Part shown: positions 11,801-23,466 of the stretch, in pieces | Layout of the letters: every line of letters starts with the position of its first letter | Position numbering within the stretch: the stretch's first letter is position 1 | Assembly: GCF_006345805.1 (NCBI RefSeq) | Contig: NC_043003.1 | Location: 62,124,001 to 62,188,000 of the forward strand | DNA length: 64,000 nt | Reading direction: 5' to 3' | DNA from: Octopus sinensis | Lineage: Eukaryota | Translations under genes and position numbers: made by a program | The notes under the pieces: generated by a model | Seen by the model: the letters and a program-made list of their open reading frames with translations, nothing else | What the model was told of the DNA's origin: nothing | Database searches by the model: none

Positions 11801-14252
11801 TATAATTAGAGAATTTTAATAATTCTTCAGAAGTATGGGGAGCCAACTTCAAGTGTGCATCGTTTGTAATGTTCTAATCACATTTTATTCTACTTCAGTT
11901 TGTTATTGCCACACATTAAATATTCTGAGATCCACTATAATCAGAATTATCTAATTTCTAAATATACTATTTTTCTATATCAAAATGCATTTCCATCTTT
12001 CTGTGATTTGTTTGCTGGCTCTCTCAAGCTATGACATTTCTTTACTTCACTCATGGTGATGATGAGAAAATAAGGTGGAAACAACTATTCAGAGTTGTGT
12101 TTCATACTTGTTGTGACCAGTTTTTTTTTCTTGATATATATATTTGTTTCATGCATTAAATACCTGAAACATATCCACTTGAGATTTAAAGTTGAGTATT
12201 CTGCTTGAAAAGATGCAGAGCTGCAATAAATGCAAATTTATCAAAGTCATTAATCAATTCAGTTTAGAATATTTTGTTCTAACTTAACAAGAATTGTAAT
12301 GAACATGTTAACATTTGGGGGCTTTATGTTTGAGTTTTATTCATTTATTAGAAATGTAACATCAAAGTTACATGCTTTATTCGGTTTCTAGTTCTGCAGA
12401 TGACTGATTATATACTCACTTAAAATGATAATGCTAACTTTCTGAAAAATAAGATAAGATAAATCACTAATGTACTGGCTATATGCAGGAGACAGGTGGC
12501 AAGTGTTATAAATGAGAAAGAGAGTGAAAGACAGAAGCAATCATTGTAATTGTCTAGCTTAAAATGATTAATGGCTTAATGTCCTAATAGCCTACATTGA
12601 AACTGTAAGTTAAATATGACAAAAAAGTGAAGTGTTTTGAAATGATCTGATAGAATTGAGTAACTTTTATGCCAAAAAAATTGAAAGGGGCTGTGTAGTA
12701 ACCAAGTATTGTATTCTATAGGTTCATTCAACCCATCTGAACATTAGAAATGCAATTTCTGATTACAATTGTAATAGCACATGCTAAAGAATTTTGATTT
12801 GGTTAGCCTTTTTGAATACCAAAGATGAATGTGTATCAAAGCTACATGGATGGATAAATCCATTGCATACCATTTTAGTTACATTTCAGTCAAAATAGAG
12901 TGATGGAATGGCAGATATACTAGAGTACTTAACTAAATATCCACCTTGATTTCATAAAAGAATTACCAGTTATACACTGAAGCTGATTCTATTGATTATT
13001 CCTTACCTATATATTTGTATTCCTTACCTGTATATTTTATAGTAATGTAAATAAAATTAAAAATAGCTTTGGTTGGTACATGCTACAATTTGTAATTACT
13101 GAAGAGATTTTATAAACATAAGTTATGTATATATACACACACATTGATGCACAACAGTTATAACTATGATAATACACACATATATACTAATAAAATGATA
13201 AAATACTTATAAAATCTGACAAAATATACTGGAAAATATCAACAAAAACATTGTTTAATATTAGAAATAATAACAACATTAAGAACTCTTTTATGTTGGC
13301 TTATATTAAAATATCATCAAACACATGAACTTGTTCACATCTGCACCTGAAAATGTTTATCAACTTATTGAACTAATTTATAACTTTGAAAATTGAGGTT
13401 TTCTTTTTTTACTTTTTTGATTACATAAAATAGACAAAATATTGTAAAATTACGAATTTATTATATACTGATGTATGCAGATTAGTGTTCTCAGTTGTTA
13501 TAGTTACAAGCCTTTCTATATATTTTTAGTTTTTAGATATTTAACAGTTTTAGCAATTATATAATTTTTATACATATGGTAGCTGTTAATAATGCATATT
13601 TGAAAAGCAGGAAATATTATTTTATAATTGCTTCACAGTATATCAAAATGTGAATTAATTAACGCTGAATGTATGAAATCTTTACACTTTGTTATTAGAA
13701 ATTAAATGGAATATCTCCAAACTTGAACCAAGGAATAAATATAGCCCAAAATAATATTTGATCCAAGTTATTTGGAATATATTCTAATTTGTATTACTCT
13801 TACTAAAAATAAAATGCTTTATGAATAAAAATGATGTGATGCTTGATTTTTTAATTTAATTTCTTGTTCACAAAATGTAATTAATAGGTATAATTCAGTA
13901 AGTTTAATATTATCATCTATAAATTAAAATATTGGGAAAATGTATCAAATTATAGGAAAGAAATTATGAATGCTTTTATGAACTGATATGTTGCTCATGC
14001 TCATCAGTTTGTAACTGTGCATTTTGATGTATGTCAACTTTTTACTATTTCCTCTATTGTAGCCAATTATATTTGGCAAGGAAATATTCATCTCAAGTTG
14101 TAAGTGAAATTAGCCACACATGCCAAAGTGAATTTCACTGTAGGTGAAAGATCAAGAAATTATTAATCTACTTGCCAAAATTACTAAATTAAGCAGTTGT
14201 TATTTTACTTACACTGTACTGCTAGATAAGTGAATTTTATTTAAACTTTCCT

Positions 14253-14283
<31 letters not shown>

Positions 14284-14290
14284 ATGCATG

Positions 14291-14331
<41 letters not shown>

Positions 14332-16375
14332 ATGTGTATGTATATACTAAATCTCTTTTGCATACTGAAATATAAAACAGTAATTTACTTTTCTTTGAAG
14401 CAAAGAGCAAGCATTACTTTATTTTTGAATGGCATTTTCAACATGTTAATAAATCTATAGTTGCAGATAACTGGTGCCAAGAGAAAGAAAAGTAAAAGGA
14501 AAAAAACTAGTTACCATAAATCAGCATCAATTGAAAGAGAATAAAAATTTCTGATATATATTTATTTTTTGAAAATTAATTGAAGTAAAACTTCATAGAC
14601 ACTTTCTGGAGAAATTAAGGCTCAACTATAATTCAAGCGCAATTTGATTGTAGAGAGAAAAGTGACGTTAAAAATATTTTTATTGGTTGGAAAATATTAC
14701 CTAATTTGATTCTTGTAGTTCAGTATTTGCCATTTAGTTTTGCCGTGTATAGAAATGACTAAATCAATGATGTTAGGTTATTGTTCTATTTTTGTGCACT
14801 GTTAACACAAAGTATTTGCAGCAGTTACTCATAATTATTTTAGCTTCCCTTTTGCCTCATCTCCTTAAAGTAAACCAGCCACATCTGGTTGACTTGGCAA
14901 AGATTTGGTGAAGATATTACTAGCCAACTGAGACATTCTCTTCTAATACTCTGTTGATGCATTCTGCTTCTCTAAACCAGCAATCTGTGTACCATTTCTG
15001 CCCCAGCTCGTTCAATGTAAGCATCATCATCCCTACTAAATCACCAAATCCTACACTAAACACTTTGCACAAACATTTTTCTGGAATTCCTTTCCGGCCC
15101 AAAATTTCCCTGAGGTACCAACATACAGAATGCCAGCATGATCATCAACCACATTAATGTCACCTGCAAAAGTTATTAGTACTTCTACTCCTTTGACTAA
15201 AGATAATGAATATGTATGCATGCATGCACACATACATTCACCACATACACAAATGCACATGCTCAAATACTGATATGTATGCTTGTGTGTGCAAGCATAG
15301 AGATTTGTATTTACTTATAATGTGAAAAAATAGAGTGAAGTGTATGCTGTAAATAATGAAAAAAAATGTTAAAAATATACACAGACATTGATTGTAATAT
15401 TAAAAGTGCTGCTATATGAAGCCTGACATATGGTGTTTGATTTACTTTCAATGTTTGAGAGACTATGATTTATACGTACATAAGATAAGAAGCAAAGTTA
15501 ACCTCAAAATAACTAAATATTAGAATTGCATCAGTTAGCAATAAGAGGAAACTCAGAAAAGTCATTTTAGAAGCAATGCAGTAGACTCATAAAGCAGCAA
15601 GTCTTTGACATAATATCTGTCAACAAGAATTGGTTACTAGGAAGGTTGTCAAGTTGATGATAACAAATCTTCTCTAAAATAAATTCAACAGTTATTGAAA
15701 GGACAATAAATTTGAAGCATCCTTCAAATGTGCAGGAAGGGTTCATTATGAAACATTAAGTATTTACAAATGTTGTCGTCTTGTCCATGTAAAATTATTA
15801 ACAATAGTGACTGGAATGTCTATGTACACACACACACACACACACACACAAATGCATGCACATGCACACACACATGTACACATATGTATGCATGCACACA
15901 CACACACACACAATAATCTAATAATATGTTTGCAATTATTGTCATGGTTAAGAGAGCCAAAAGGAAAATTTACAAAGATCATAAGAGAAACAATTAAGGA
16001 AGAAAAGTTGGAGCAATTAGTGTAGTAACATCATTGTCACTTTGTACAACTGCATAACATAGACTACAGACCCTGAAATAAATCAAAGTGTCAATTCAAA
16101 GTAGAAGAAGCAAAGTGAAGAAGAATTAGGTTGGACAATTAAATCATGACAATAAAATTTCATAGATCCGTAAGGGATCTGGATGCATTAAAAATACTGC
16201 ATGGCAGATTCATTTAACTCATCCCATGATAGAACAATAACTTTGTATTGATAGAATGTTGGCCAGCACATTCAAAATCAAATGAAAATAGAATATTTAA
16301 CAATTAGGTACTCTCTCTTTAAAATAGATATTTTGTATTTATTTTTCAAAAATGAAGGAATAACTAAAAAATGGT

Positions 16376-16545
16376 TTGTAGGTGTGGCTGTGTGATAAAA
16401 AGCTTGCTTCCAACCACATGAGCATGGGTTCAGTCCCTCTGCATGGCACCTTGGGAAAGTGACTTCTACTAAAGCCACAAGTCAAGCAAAGCCTTGTGAG
16501 TTGATTTGGTAGACAGAAAATAAAAGAAGCCCATCCTATATATCA
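16376..16545 (+). mobile_element. tRNA-headed CORE-type SINE (family C), 5' part
   Basis: GTGGCTGTGTGATAA (A-box-like), GGGTTCAGTCC (B-box-like), TGGCACCTTGGGAAAGTG (CORE-like); similar copies at 25665 and 28365; the matching tail segment is at 17625-17832. Confidence 0.7.
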
Positions 16546-16559
16546 TCATATATAAAGCA

Positions 16560-17309
16560 TTGATCAAAGAACAAACATGAAATTTGAGTCAACGATTTTA
16601 TATATAATGTCACACCTCCAAACATTTGATCATATATAAATATTACCATGGTCTTTCAACATATATAAAGAATACATATATAAAAAAAACTCAGAAGGAC
16701 GGCCTATCAAGAAGGTATATACAATCGACTAAAAATTCCTAAAGTGTGTCATGCAACTAAAAATCTAAATAAAATAAAATATCAATTGACTAAAAAGATT
16801 TTTCATACTCCCTACAAATAAAAAAAAATATGTCAAATAAGTTCATTTCATAAAAACCATGTTAGGCTGGAGACCAGGAGTGTAAAAGAGTTCCGCAAAA
16901 TCAAGTCAGTGTGGCCATAGATGTGTTTGACTTGATTTTGCAGAACACTTTTATGTTCCTGGAGTCCAACCTACCTTGGTTTTTATGAAATGAACTTATT
17001 TGACATATATCTTTTTGTTTGTGGGGAGTAAGAAAAATCTTTTTAGTCAATTGATATTTTATTTTATTTAGACTTTTAGTTGCATGACACGCTTTAGAAT
17101 TTTTAGTCAATTGTATATACCTTCTTGATGGGTTGTTCTATATATCTGTATTTTTATTTGCATATATATTTTTTACCTTCTCAGGTTTTTTTATATATGT
17201 ATTCTTTATATGTTGAAAGGCCATGGTAATATTTATATATGATCAAATGTTTGGAGGCGTGGTGTTATGTTTAAAGTTATTGACTCAAATTTGCTTGTTC
17301 TCTGATCAA
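16560..17309. repeat. Large inverted duplication (~350 bp arms, 19 nt spacer)
   Basis: 16560-16908 aligns with the reverse complement of 16928-17309 throughout, e.g. CCTCCAAACATTTGATCATATATAAATATTACCATGG is exact in both arms; the right arm has a ~40 nt insert near 17140-17180. Confidence 0.9.
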
Positions 17310-17425
17310 CGTTTTTTATCTCCATCTCAGTTACATTTGAACACTTCTTATTTGCAGTTTTATAAACCCTTTTGTCTCCTTAAAAAGAGGCAAAATTATC
17401 TCTTGTCATATATATATATATATAA

Positions 17426-17542
17426 TTCTTATAAAGAATGTTTTTGACAGTGACTTTGAAGTTTCCTCCAGCTAAGGCATTGTTGGACGGCTTAACTGAC
17501 CAACCCTTCGAAGTCACAGTCAGCAACATTCTTGTTTGAGAA
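17426..17542. repeat. ~115 nt hairpin / short inverted repeat
   Basis: GAATGTTTTTGACAGTGACTTTGAAG (17436-17461) pairs with CTTCGAAGTCACAGTCAGCAACATTC (17506-17531) at about 22/26; AATAAA follows. Confidence 0.7.
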
Positions 17543-17624
17543 TAATAAATTTGTACTCTACAAAAATATAAATTAACCCATTAGACCAATGTAAAACTTT
17601 AGTGTGTGTGTGTGTGTGTGTGAG

Positions 17625-17832
17625 TGTTGTTGTGTCTATGCCCCCCCCCCCACTGCTTGACAACAAGTGTTTAAGTCCCTTTAACTTACCATTTCAGCAA
17701 AAGAGACTGATGGAATAAGTATCAGGCTTAAAAATAAAAAGAAGTACTGGAGCTGATACACTTGACTAAGAGTTCTTCAAGTCAGTGCCCAGCATGGCTG
17801 CAGTCTACTGACTAAAACAAGTAAAAGAAGAT
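17625..17832 (+). mobile_element. 3' tail segment of SINE family C
   Basis: CCCCCCACTGCTTGACAAC...CCAGCATGGCTGCAGTC...GACTAAAACAAGTAAAAGA; similar copies at 26305-26510, 28560-28755 and 37315-37440 (minus). Confidence 0.7.
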
Positions 17833-17835
17833 AAA

Positions 17836-17897
<62 letters not shown>

Positions 17898-17939
17898 TAT
17901 ATATATTTATATATATATATGTATATATAGATAGATAGA

Positions 17940-18632
17940 TGGATGGTAGACCCAGGAAGACCTGGGATGAGGTGGTGAAGCATGACCTTCGAATATTGGG
18001 CCTCACCAAGGCAATGACTAGTGACTGAGACCTTTGGAAATATGCTGTGCTTGAGAAGACCCAGCAAGCCAAGTGAGACCATAACCTGTGGCCTTATGTG
18101 TTGCTTGTGAAGACCAGTTGAGGCAAGTGAAATCACAATCAAAATCAAATTTGCTGATGTGGCCAATGACAGCACTGCCTGACTGGCAGCCATGCCAGTG
18201 GAACATTAAAAGCACCATCTAAGCATGATCGTTGCCAGGGCTGCTGACTGGCTCCTATACCTGTGGCACATAAAAAGCACCATTCGAGCGTGATCATTAC
18301 CAGCATTGCCTTACTGGCACTTGTGCTGGTGGCACGTGAAAAACAGCATTCAAGTAAGGTCGTTGCCAGTGCCACCGGACTGGCTCCTGTGCAGGTGGCA
18401 CATAAAAAACATCATTTGAGTGTGGCCATCACCAGTACCGCCTGACTGGCCCTCGTGCTGGTAGCACGTAAAAGCACCCACTATGCTCTTGGAGTGGTTG
18501 GCATTAGGAAGGGCATCCAGCTGTAGAAATTGTGCTAGATTAGATTGAAGCCTTGTGCAACCTTCTGGCTCACCAGTCCTCAGTCAAATCGTCCAACCCA
18601 TGTCATGGAAAGCGGGTGTTAAATGATGATGA
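17940..18632 (+). mobile_element. RTE ORF end joined to SINE A body with four 65-66 bp tandem units
   Basis: GRPRKTWDEVVKHDLRILGLTKAMTSD*DLWKYAVLEKT at 17945-18060; repeat units start at 18198, 18263, 18329, 18395 and 18461; (GAT)n tail. Confidence 0.8.
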
Positions 18633-18646
18633 TGACATAGATATAT

Positions 18647-18712
<66 letters not shown>

Positions 18713-19052
18713 ATGTGTGCATGTGTGTGTATATATATACATATATTACATATACACACAATCATATATATATTTCTTTTAGGTATGTTATTTCCAGAGT
18801 AATATGAATATTATAGATTAACTTCTACGTCTACTTCTATTTTTACTTACTCTAGTTTGCAACTGATTTATTTACATATCATTTGACTTGGATTCAAATC
18901 AAAAATAATTTATTTCTGAAAATTTACTTCAGAAGAATAAGTAGATAAGAATGCTGAAATTTTGTATGCTTGTTCCCTTAAGCCTCACCATGAAAAATTA
19001 TATGAACTGTAGATAAACTCTACTGACTTTGAGGTTGGGGACTATATAACGG

Positions 19053-19205
19053 TTTCTAATTTAGGCACAAGGAGAGTGGTAATTTATCCTATTAACCCTC
19101 AAAGAATGAAAGATGAAGTTGATCTCAGCAAGATTTGAACTTAAGATGTAAGGCAGCTGGAGAAATGCCACAAGGCATTTTTTCTGGAATGTCACCAAGC
19201 ATTTT
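19053..19205 (-). mobile_element. tRNA-headed SINE family B fragment
   Basis: GGCACAAGG...AAAGAATGAAAGATGAAGTTGATCTCAGCAAGATTTGAACT matches family B copies. Confidence 0.6.
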
Positions 19206-19842
19206 ATCTTTAAAAAACATGTATATGAGAGTTGTGTTTGTAATGCTTCGTGTGTGTCATATGCAGTGGGAACAAGGGCAGTTTTCTCTATGAAGGACTT
19301 TTGTAGTCTATCCACTTTACAACCATTAAGGTCTATAGGGGAAAATGTACATGTGGATGAAAGAAAACAGAAAGGACCTGCATGCAGTGCTGTTAACAGA
19401 GGTTTAACAACATCATTGCACACAAAAACATGAGTCCAAGAAGAAAAACTTCTTCAAGGCAGAGCTAGAAATGCAATTGGCAAGTAGGTAAGCAGTTTTA
19501 AACAGCAGTGAGATATTCAAAATTGGTAAAACTAAAACTTGCAAAGGATAAATCAAATTTATTATTGTTACTCAATACGTTAGTCTTATTTAATTTCTGA
19601 ATGGTCTTGTTGCTGTTTGTCTATGTAGTTTGATTCCTCAATCCGTTAGTTTCTACTAAGATAGACACAAGTTAAACTATTATTAGAGAAACAAAAATAA
19701 AACTTTGGAAACAGCAATGCCTCCATAACTTATGTGGAAACCATGAGCATGCTTTCAAGGGAGATAATCAGAGAAAGACTTGAAAGTCAAAGATTGTAAT
19801 ACCTCATGTAAAGTAAAGTAAATATAACAAATAATCTAAAAT

Positions 19843-20025
19843 CCTTGTCTGGTATCAAAATCGATCCCAAAATCTAATCAGTTTGTGACAGTCATGAGGC
19901 CAAATATCCCTGAAAGTTTCATCCAAATCCATCCAGTGATTCTTGAGATATCTTGCCCATGGACAAATGAACAAACAAACACGACTGAAAACAATACCTC
20001 TGCCTTTGCTAAGGTGGAGGTAATA
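19843..20025 (+). mobile_element. Non-autonomous Helitron/Helentron-like repeat with terminal hairpin
   Basis: AAAGTTTCATCCAAATCCATCCAGTGATTCTTGAGATATC...ACAAAC... ending in the stem-loop ACCTCTGCC-TTTGCTAA-GGTGGAGGT. Confidence 0.45.
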
Positions 20026-20029
20026 ATAA

Positions 20030-20800
20030 TCCTTTCTACTATGGGCACAGGACCTGAAATTTTGGGGGAGGGGGATAATCAATTACATCGACCCTAGTGC
20101 TCAATGGGTACCTATTTTATCAACCCTGAAAAGATGAAAGGTAAAGTTGACCTTAGCAGAATTTGAAATCAGAATATAGATGAAACGTCACTAAGCAACT
20201 AGCCTGGAATGCTAACGATCCTGTCAGTTCACCGCCTTGATAATAATAATAATAATAATAATAATCCTTTTTACTATAGGCACAAGGCCTGAAATTTGGG
20301 AGTTGGTGACTAGTTGGTTACATCAACCCCAGTGCTTCACTGGTATTTCATTTATTGACCCCAATAGGATGAAAGGCAAAGTTGACCTTGGTAGAATTTC
20401 AACTCAGATTGTAAGGATAGACAAAATGCCACTAAGCATTTCACCTGGCATGCTAACAATTCTGCCAGTTTGCCACTTTAATAATAATAATAATAATAAT
20501 AATAATCCTTTCTACTATTGGCACAAGGCCTGAAATTTTTGTAGGGCTGGGGTTAGTCAATTACATCAACCCCAGGGCTCAACTTGTACATATTTTATTG
20601 ATCCCTAAAGGATGAGAGGTGGCATTTAAACTTAGACCATAAAGATAGACAACATGCTGCTAAGCAGCATTTTGTCTGGCATGCTAAGAGTTCTGCTAGC
20701 ATGTCATCTTCACAATAATAACAATAATAATCATAATAACGACAGTAATAACATATGGTTTCCAATTTTTAGCACAAAGCCAGCAATTTTAGGGGCTAAA
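20030..20800 (-). mobile_element. Tandem cluster of 3 full and 1 partial SINE family B copies separated by (AAT)n
   Basis: Each unit starts CCTTTCTACTAT(A/G/T)GGCACAAGGCCTGAAATT and ends ...GCCTT/ACTTTAATAATAAT; units begin near 20030, 20265, 20507 and 20757. Confidence 0.85.
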
Positions 20801-21339
20801 CAGTTTTGTCTATGCTAATGATTCTTCTAGTTTGCTACCTTAATAAAAATGAAAATAATAAAAATAAAAATAATAAGAATAATGATAATAATGATGATAG
20901 TTACTTTTATCAATTTCAATATGAGTGTTTAGAGAAAAGGCTTTAAAAAAAATAGAAACTATATCTATTTATGATGAATGCATGAATGTAATTTGATTCC
21001 AGGTATGGATTTTGCTATGAAGTCACATTGAGGTCAATGATGATTTTTATTTTGCCTAGGATTGGACAATTACAGGATACAGTTCTTCATTGTTCTGTTT
21101 CTTTAACTCAAATTGCTTAGATGCACCCAGATTGTCTTTTCTCCATGTAGCATTAACATGCATTTGAGGATAGACATTTTGGTCGAAAGAACGTGATAGG
21201 TGTAGAGCCGTATGATGATGAGAACAGGCAAAGGGCATTGTTGGAAGTTTCTAGACAAAGTCTCACATAGGCAGCATAGAGTGTGATGGCCTTGTTCTAG
21301 TAAAATCCTAGACTTGTGTTCTTTGCTGTGTGGCAAGCA

Positions 21340-21565
21340 GTCCTAAAATCACCCATGCTGGTACCACATATAAAGCACTAGTGCTGATACCATGTAATAG
21401 CACTGATGCTGGTGTCACGTAAAAAGCACCTAGTACACTCTGTAAAGTGGCTGGTGTCATAGAAACCATGCTAGAACAGCTCTCTGGCTGGCAAGATCCT
21501 GTCAAACTAACCAATCCATGCCAACATGGAAAATGGTTGTTAAGTGTTGATGATGATGATGATGC
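21340..21565 (+). mobile_element. SINE family A, 3' part
   Basis: GGTGTCACGTAAAAAGCACCTAGTACACTCTGTAAAGTGG...CATGGAAAATGG...(GAT)n. Confidence 0.6.
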
Positions 21566-21825
21566 CTGATTCTCTGATACTGGAGGCAGTGTGAGAAAAG
21601 AAACTCTAAAAAACTCTTATCTTCAATAAGCTTGGCATTAAGTGCAGATCTTTAGCCATCTAGTTTATTGCACAAAGATGAGAAAATAAAACAGATAATA
21701 AAAATACTAATAATAATAATAACAACAATCCTTTCTACTATAGGCACAAAGCCTGAAATTTTTGGGTGGGGAGGGGTTAAATCGATTACATCGACCTCAG
21801 TACTTAATTGGTACTTAATTCATCA

Positions 21826-22060
21826 AAGGGCGGCGAGCTGGCAGAACGTCAGCGTGCCGGGAGAAATGCTTAGCGGTATTTCGGCTGCCGCTACGTTCTG
21901 AGTTCAAATTCTGCCGAGGTCGACTTTACCTTTCATCCTTTCGGGGTCGATTAAATAAGTACCAGTTACGCACTGGAGTTGATAAAATCAACTTAATCCG
22001 TTTGTCTGTCCTTGTTTGTCCTCTCTGTGTTTAGCCCCTTGCGGGTAGTAAAGACATAGG
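21826..22060 (+). mobile_element. Young SINE family B copy nested in an older minus-strand copy (21727-22190)
   Basis: A-box TGGCAGAACG, B-box GTTCAAATTC, central CTTTCATCCTTTCGGGGTCGATTAAATAAGTACC (Meta/MESC-like domain, from memory), CpGs retained; flanks repeat GGTACTTA...ATCA (TSD-like). Confidence 0.85.
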
Positions 22061-22192
22061 TACTTATCAACCCTGAAAGGATGAAAGGCAAAGGCAACCT
22101 CGGCAGGATTTGAACTCAGAGTGTAGTGGCAGACAAAATACCACTAAGCATTTTATCTGGCATGCTAATGATTCTGCCAGTTCACTGCCTAA

Positions 22193-22224
<32 letters not shown>

Positions 22225-22239
22225 TACCAACATACACCA

Positions 22240-22747
22240 GGAAAGGTAATGGATGAAAGGGAAAAGGCAAAAACCCTTTGTGATTTTGACTTCCAGACAG
22301 ACAAGGTGTTAGAGCACTGAAGGCCAGATATAGTAACCTTTAGGAGGAACAAACAGGAATGCCTAATAATTGATGTGGCAGTGCCAGGAGATCAACATAT
22401 CATGAAAGAAAGAGAAAAGGTTGATAGATATGGAGACCTGAGAATTGAGATCACTAAGATGTGACAGCTACAAGAGTCAGACAAAGGTCACTCCTATTGT
22501 CATTAGAGCATTGGGTTCACTCTCACTCAATCTGAAAAAAACATCTGAAAATCTTAGAAATACCCTACAATTTAGATGTATTGCAAAAGTCGACATTACT
22601 TGGAACTGCACACATATTACATAAAATACTGTCTCTCTCAAGGTCCTTGTTGTGACTTGACAAACAGTACAAACCCTGGGTAGACACACTATCTTCAATT
22701 AACAACCTCACGATATTGTATACTGTGCAATGTCTATAATAATGATG

Positions 22748-22804
<57 letters not shown>

Positions 22805-22808
22805 GTAA
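22240..22808 (+). mobile_element. R4/Dong-like (restriction-like endonuclease) LINE 3' end with (TAA)n tail
   Basis: DFDFQTDKVLEH*RPDIVTFRRNKQECLIIDVAVPGDQHIMKEREKVDRYGDLRIEITKM*...PIVIRALG...LQKSTLLGTAHIL, the PD-(D/E)xK REL motif, followed by a 3' UTR and (AAT)n at 22737-22808. Confidence 0.85.
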
Positions 22809-23392
22809 TAGCTTTTTTGTTTATTGTTTTTCATATGAATGAAGGCTGTGTACTCCTCTACAAAAGCTACTATTTAAACTAGAACATAAGAGTATCAAAA
22901 TATTTAAAATCAAGAAAATGTTTATTAATCGTACATAAAAAAAGGCTTCAATTTATAATTAACAAACACAATGTGTTGACAGTTGTTATTTCTAGATCAT
23001 TCCTGATCAATCAGGCTTATGATCAGAAGCAATTCACTATCACCATCCTGTTGTTTTTCTAGTGATATTTAGGTCTTAATGATTCATTGTCCATTCTTTA
23101 TTTAAATGGTAGGATGTGATTTGTCTGCTATTTCTAGCAGATCAGAGGTTAGCTAGAAGTTCTTTTGTTTTATAAGCTGTTGATCAATAGTTCAAAAGAC
23201 AGAGATTGCTCAATGATATTATCTGGGGTGCTTAAAAACAACTTTAGAAAATATTGACATGGAGGTAATGGATAAAGGACTGAGAAACTGAAGGCATTAA
23301 AGCAGAAGCTACTTCAAATCTGTGAATTCTATTATTTGTTGCTTATTTTGTTTATTCATGAGAGTATGAAATGAATTTCATTCACATGGCTT

Positions 23393-23393
<1 letters not shown>

Positions 23394-23462
<69 letters not shown>

Positions 23463-23466
23463 ACAG
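23394..23466. repeat. (CA)n microsatellite, one of many (also ~4085, 7622, 11140, 14260, 15830, 17850, 18655, 26160, 30628)
   Basis: Direct inspection. Confidence 0.95.

Noticed and set aside
18198-18480. CRISPR-like array (conserved ~22 nt motif with intervening sequence; also 8300-8560)
   Set aside because: The intervening segments resemble each other, the array lies inside a eukaryotic SINE, and there are no cas genes; it is a minisatellite
21826-21915. tRNA gene
   Set aside because: A and B boxes are present but there is no cloverleaf; it is a SINE head with many dispersed copies
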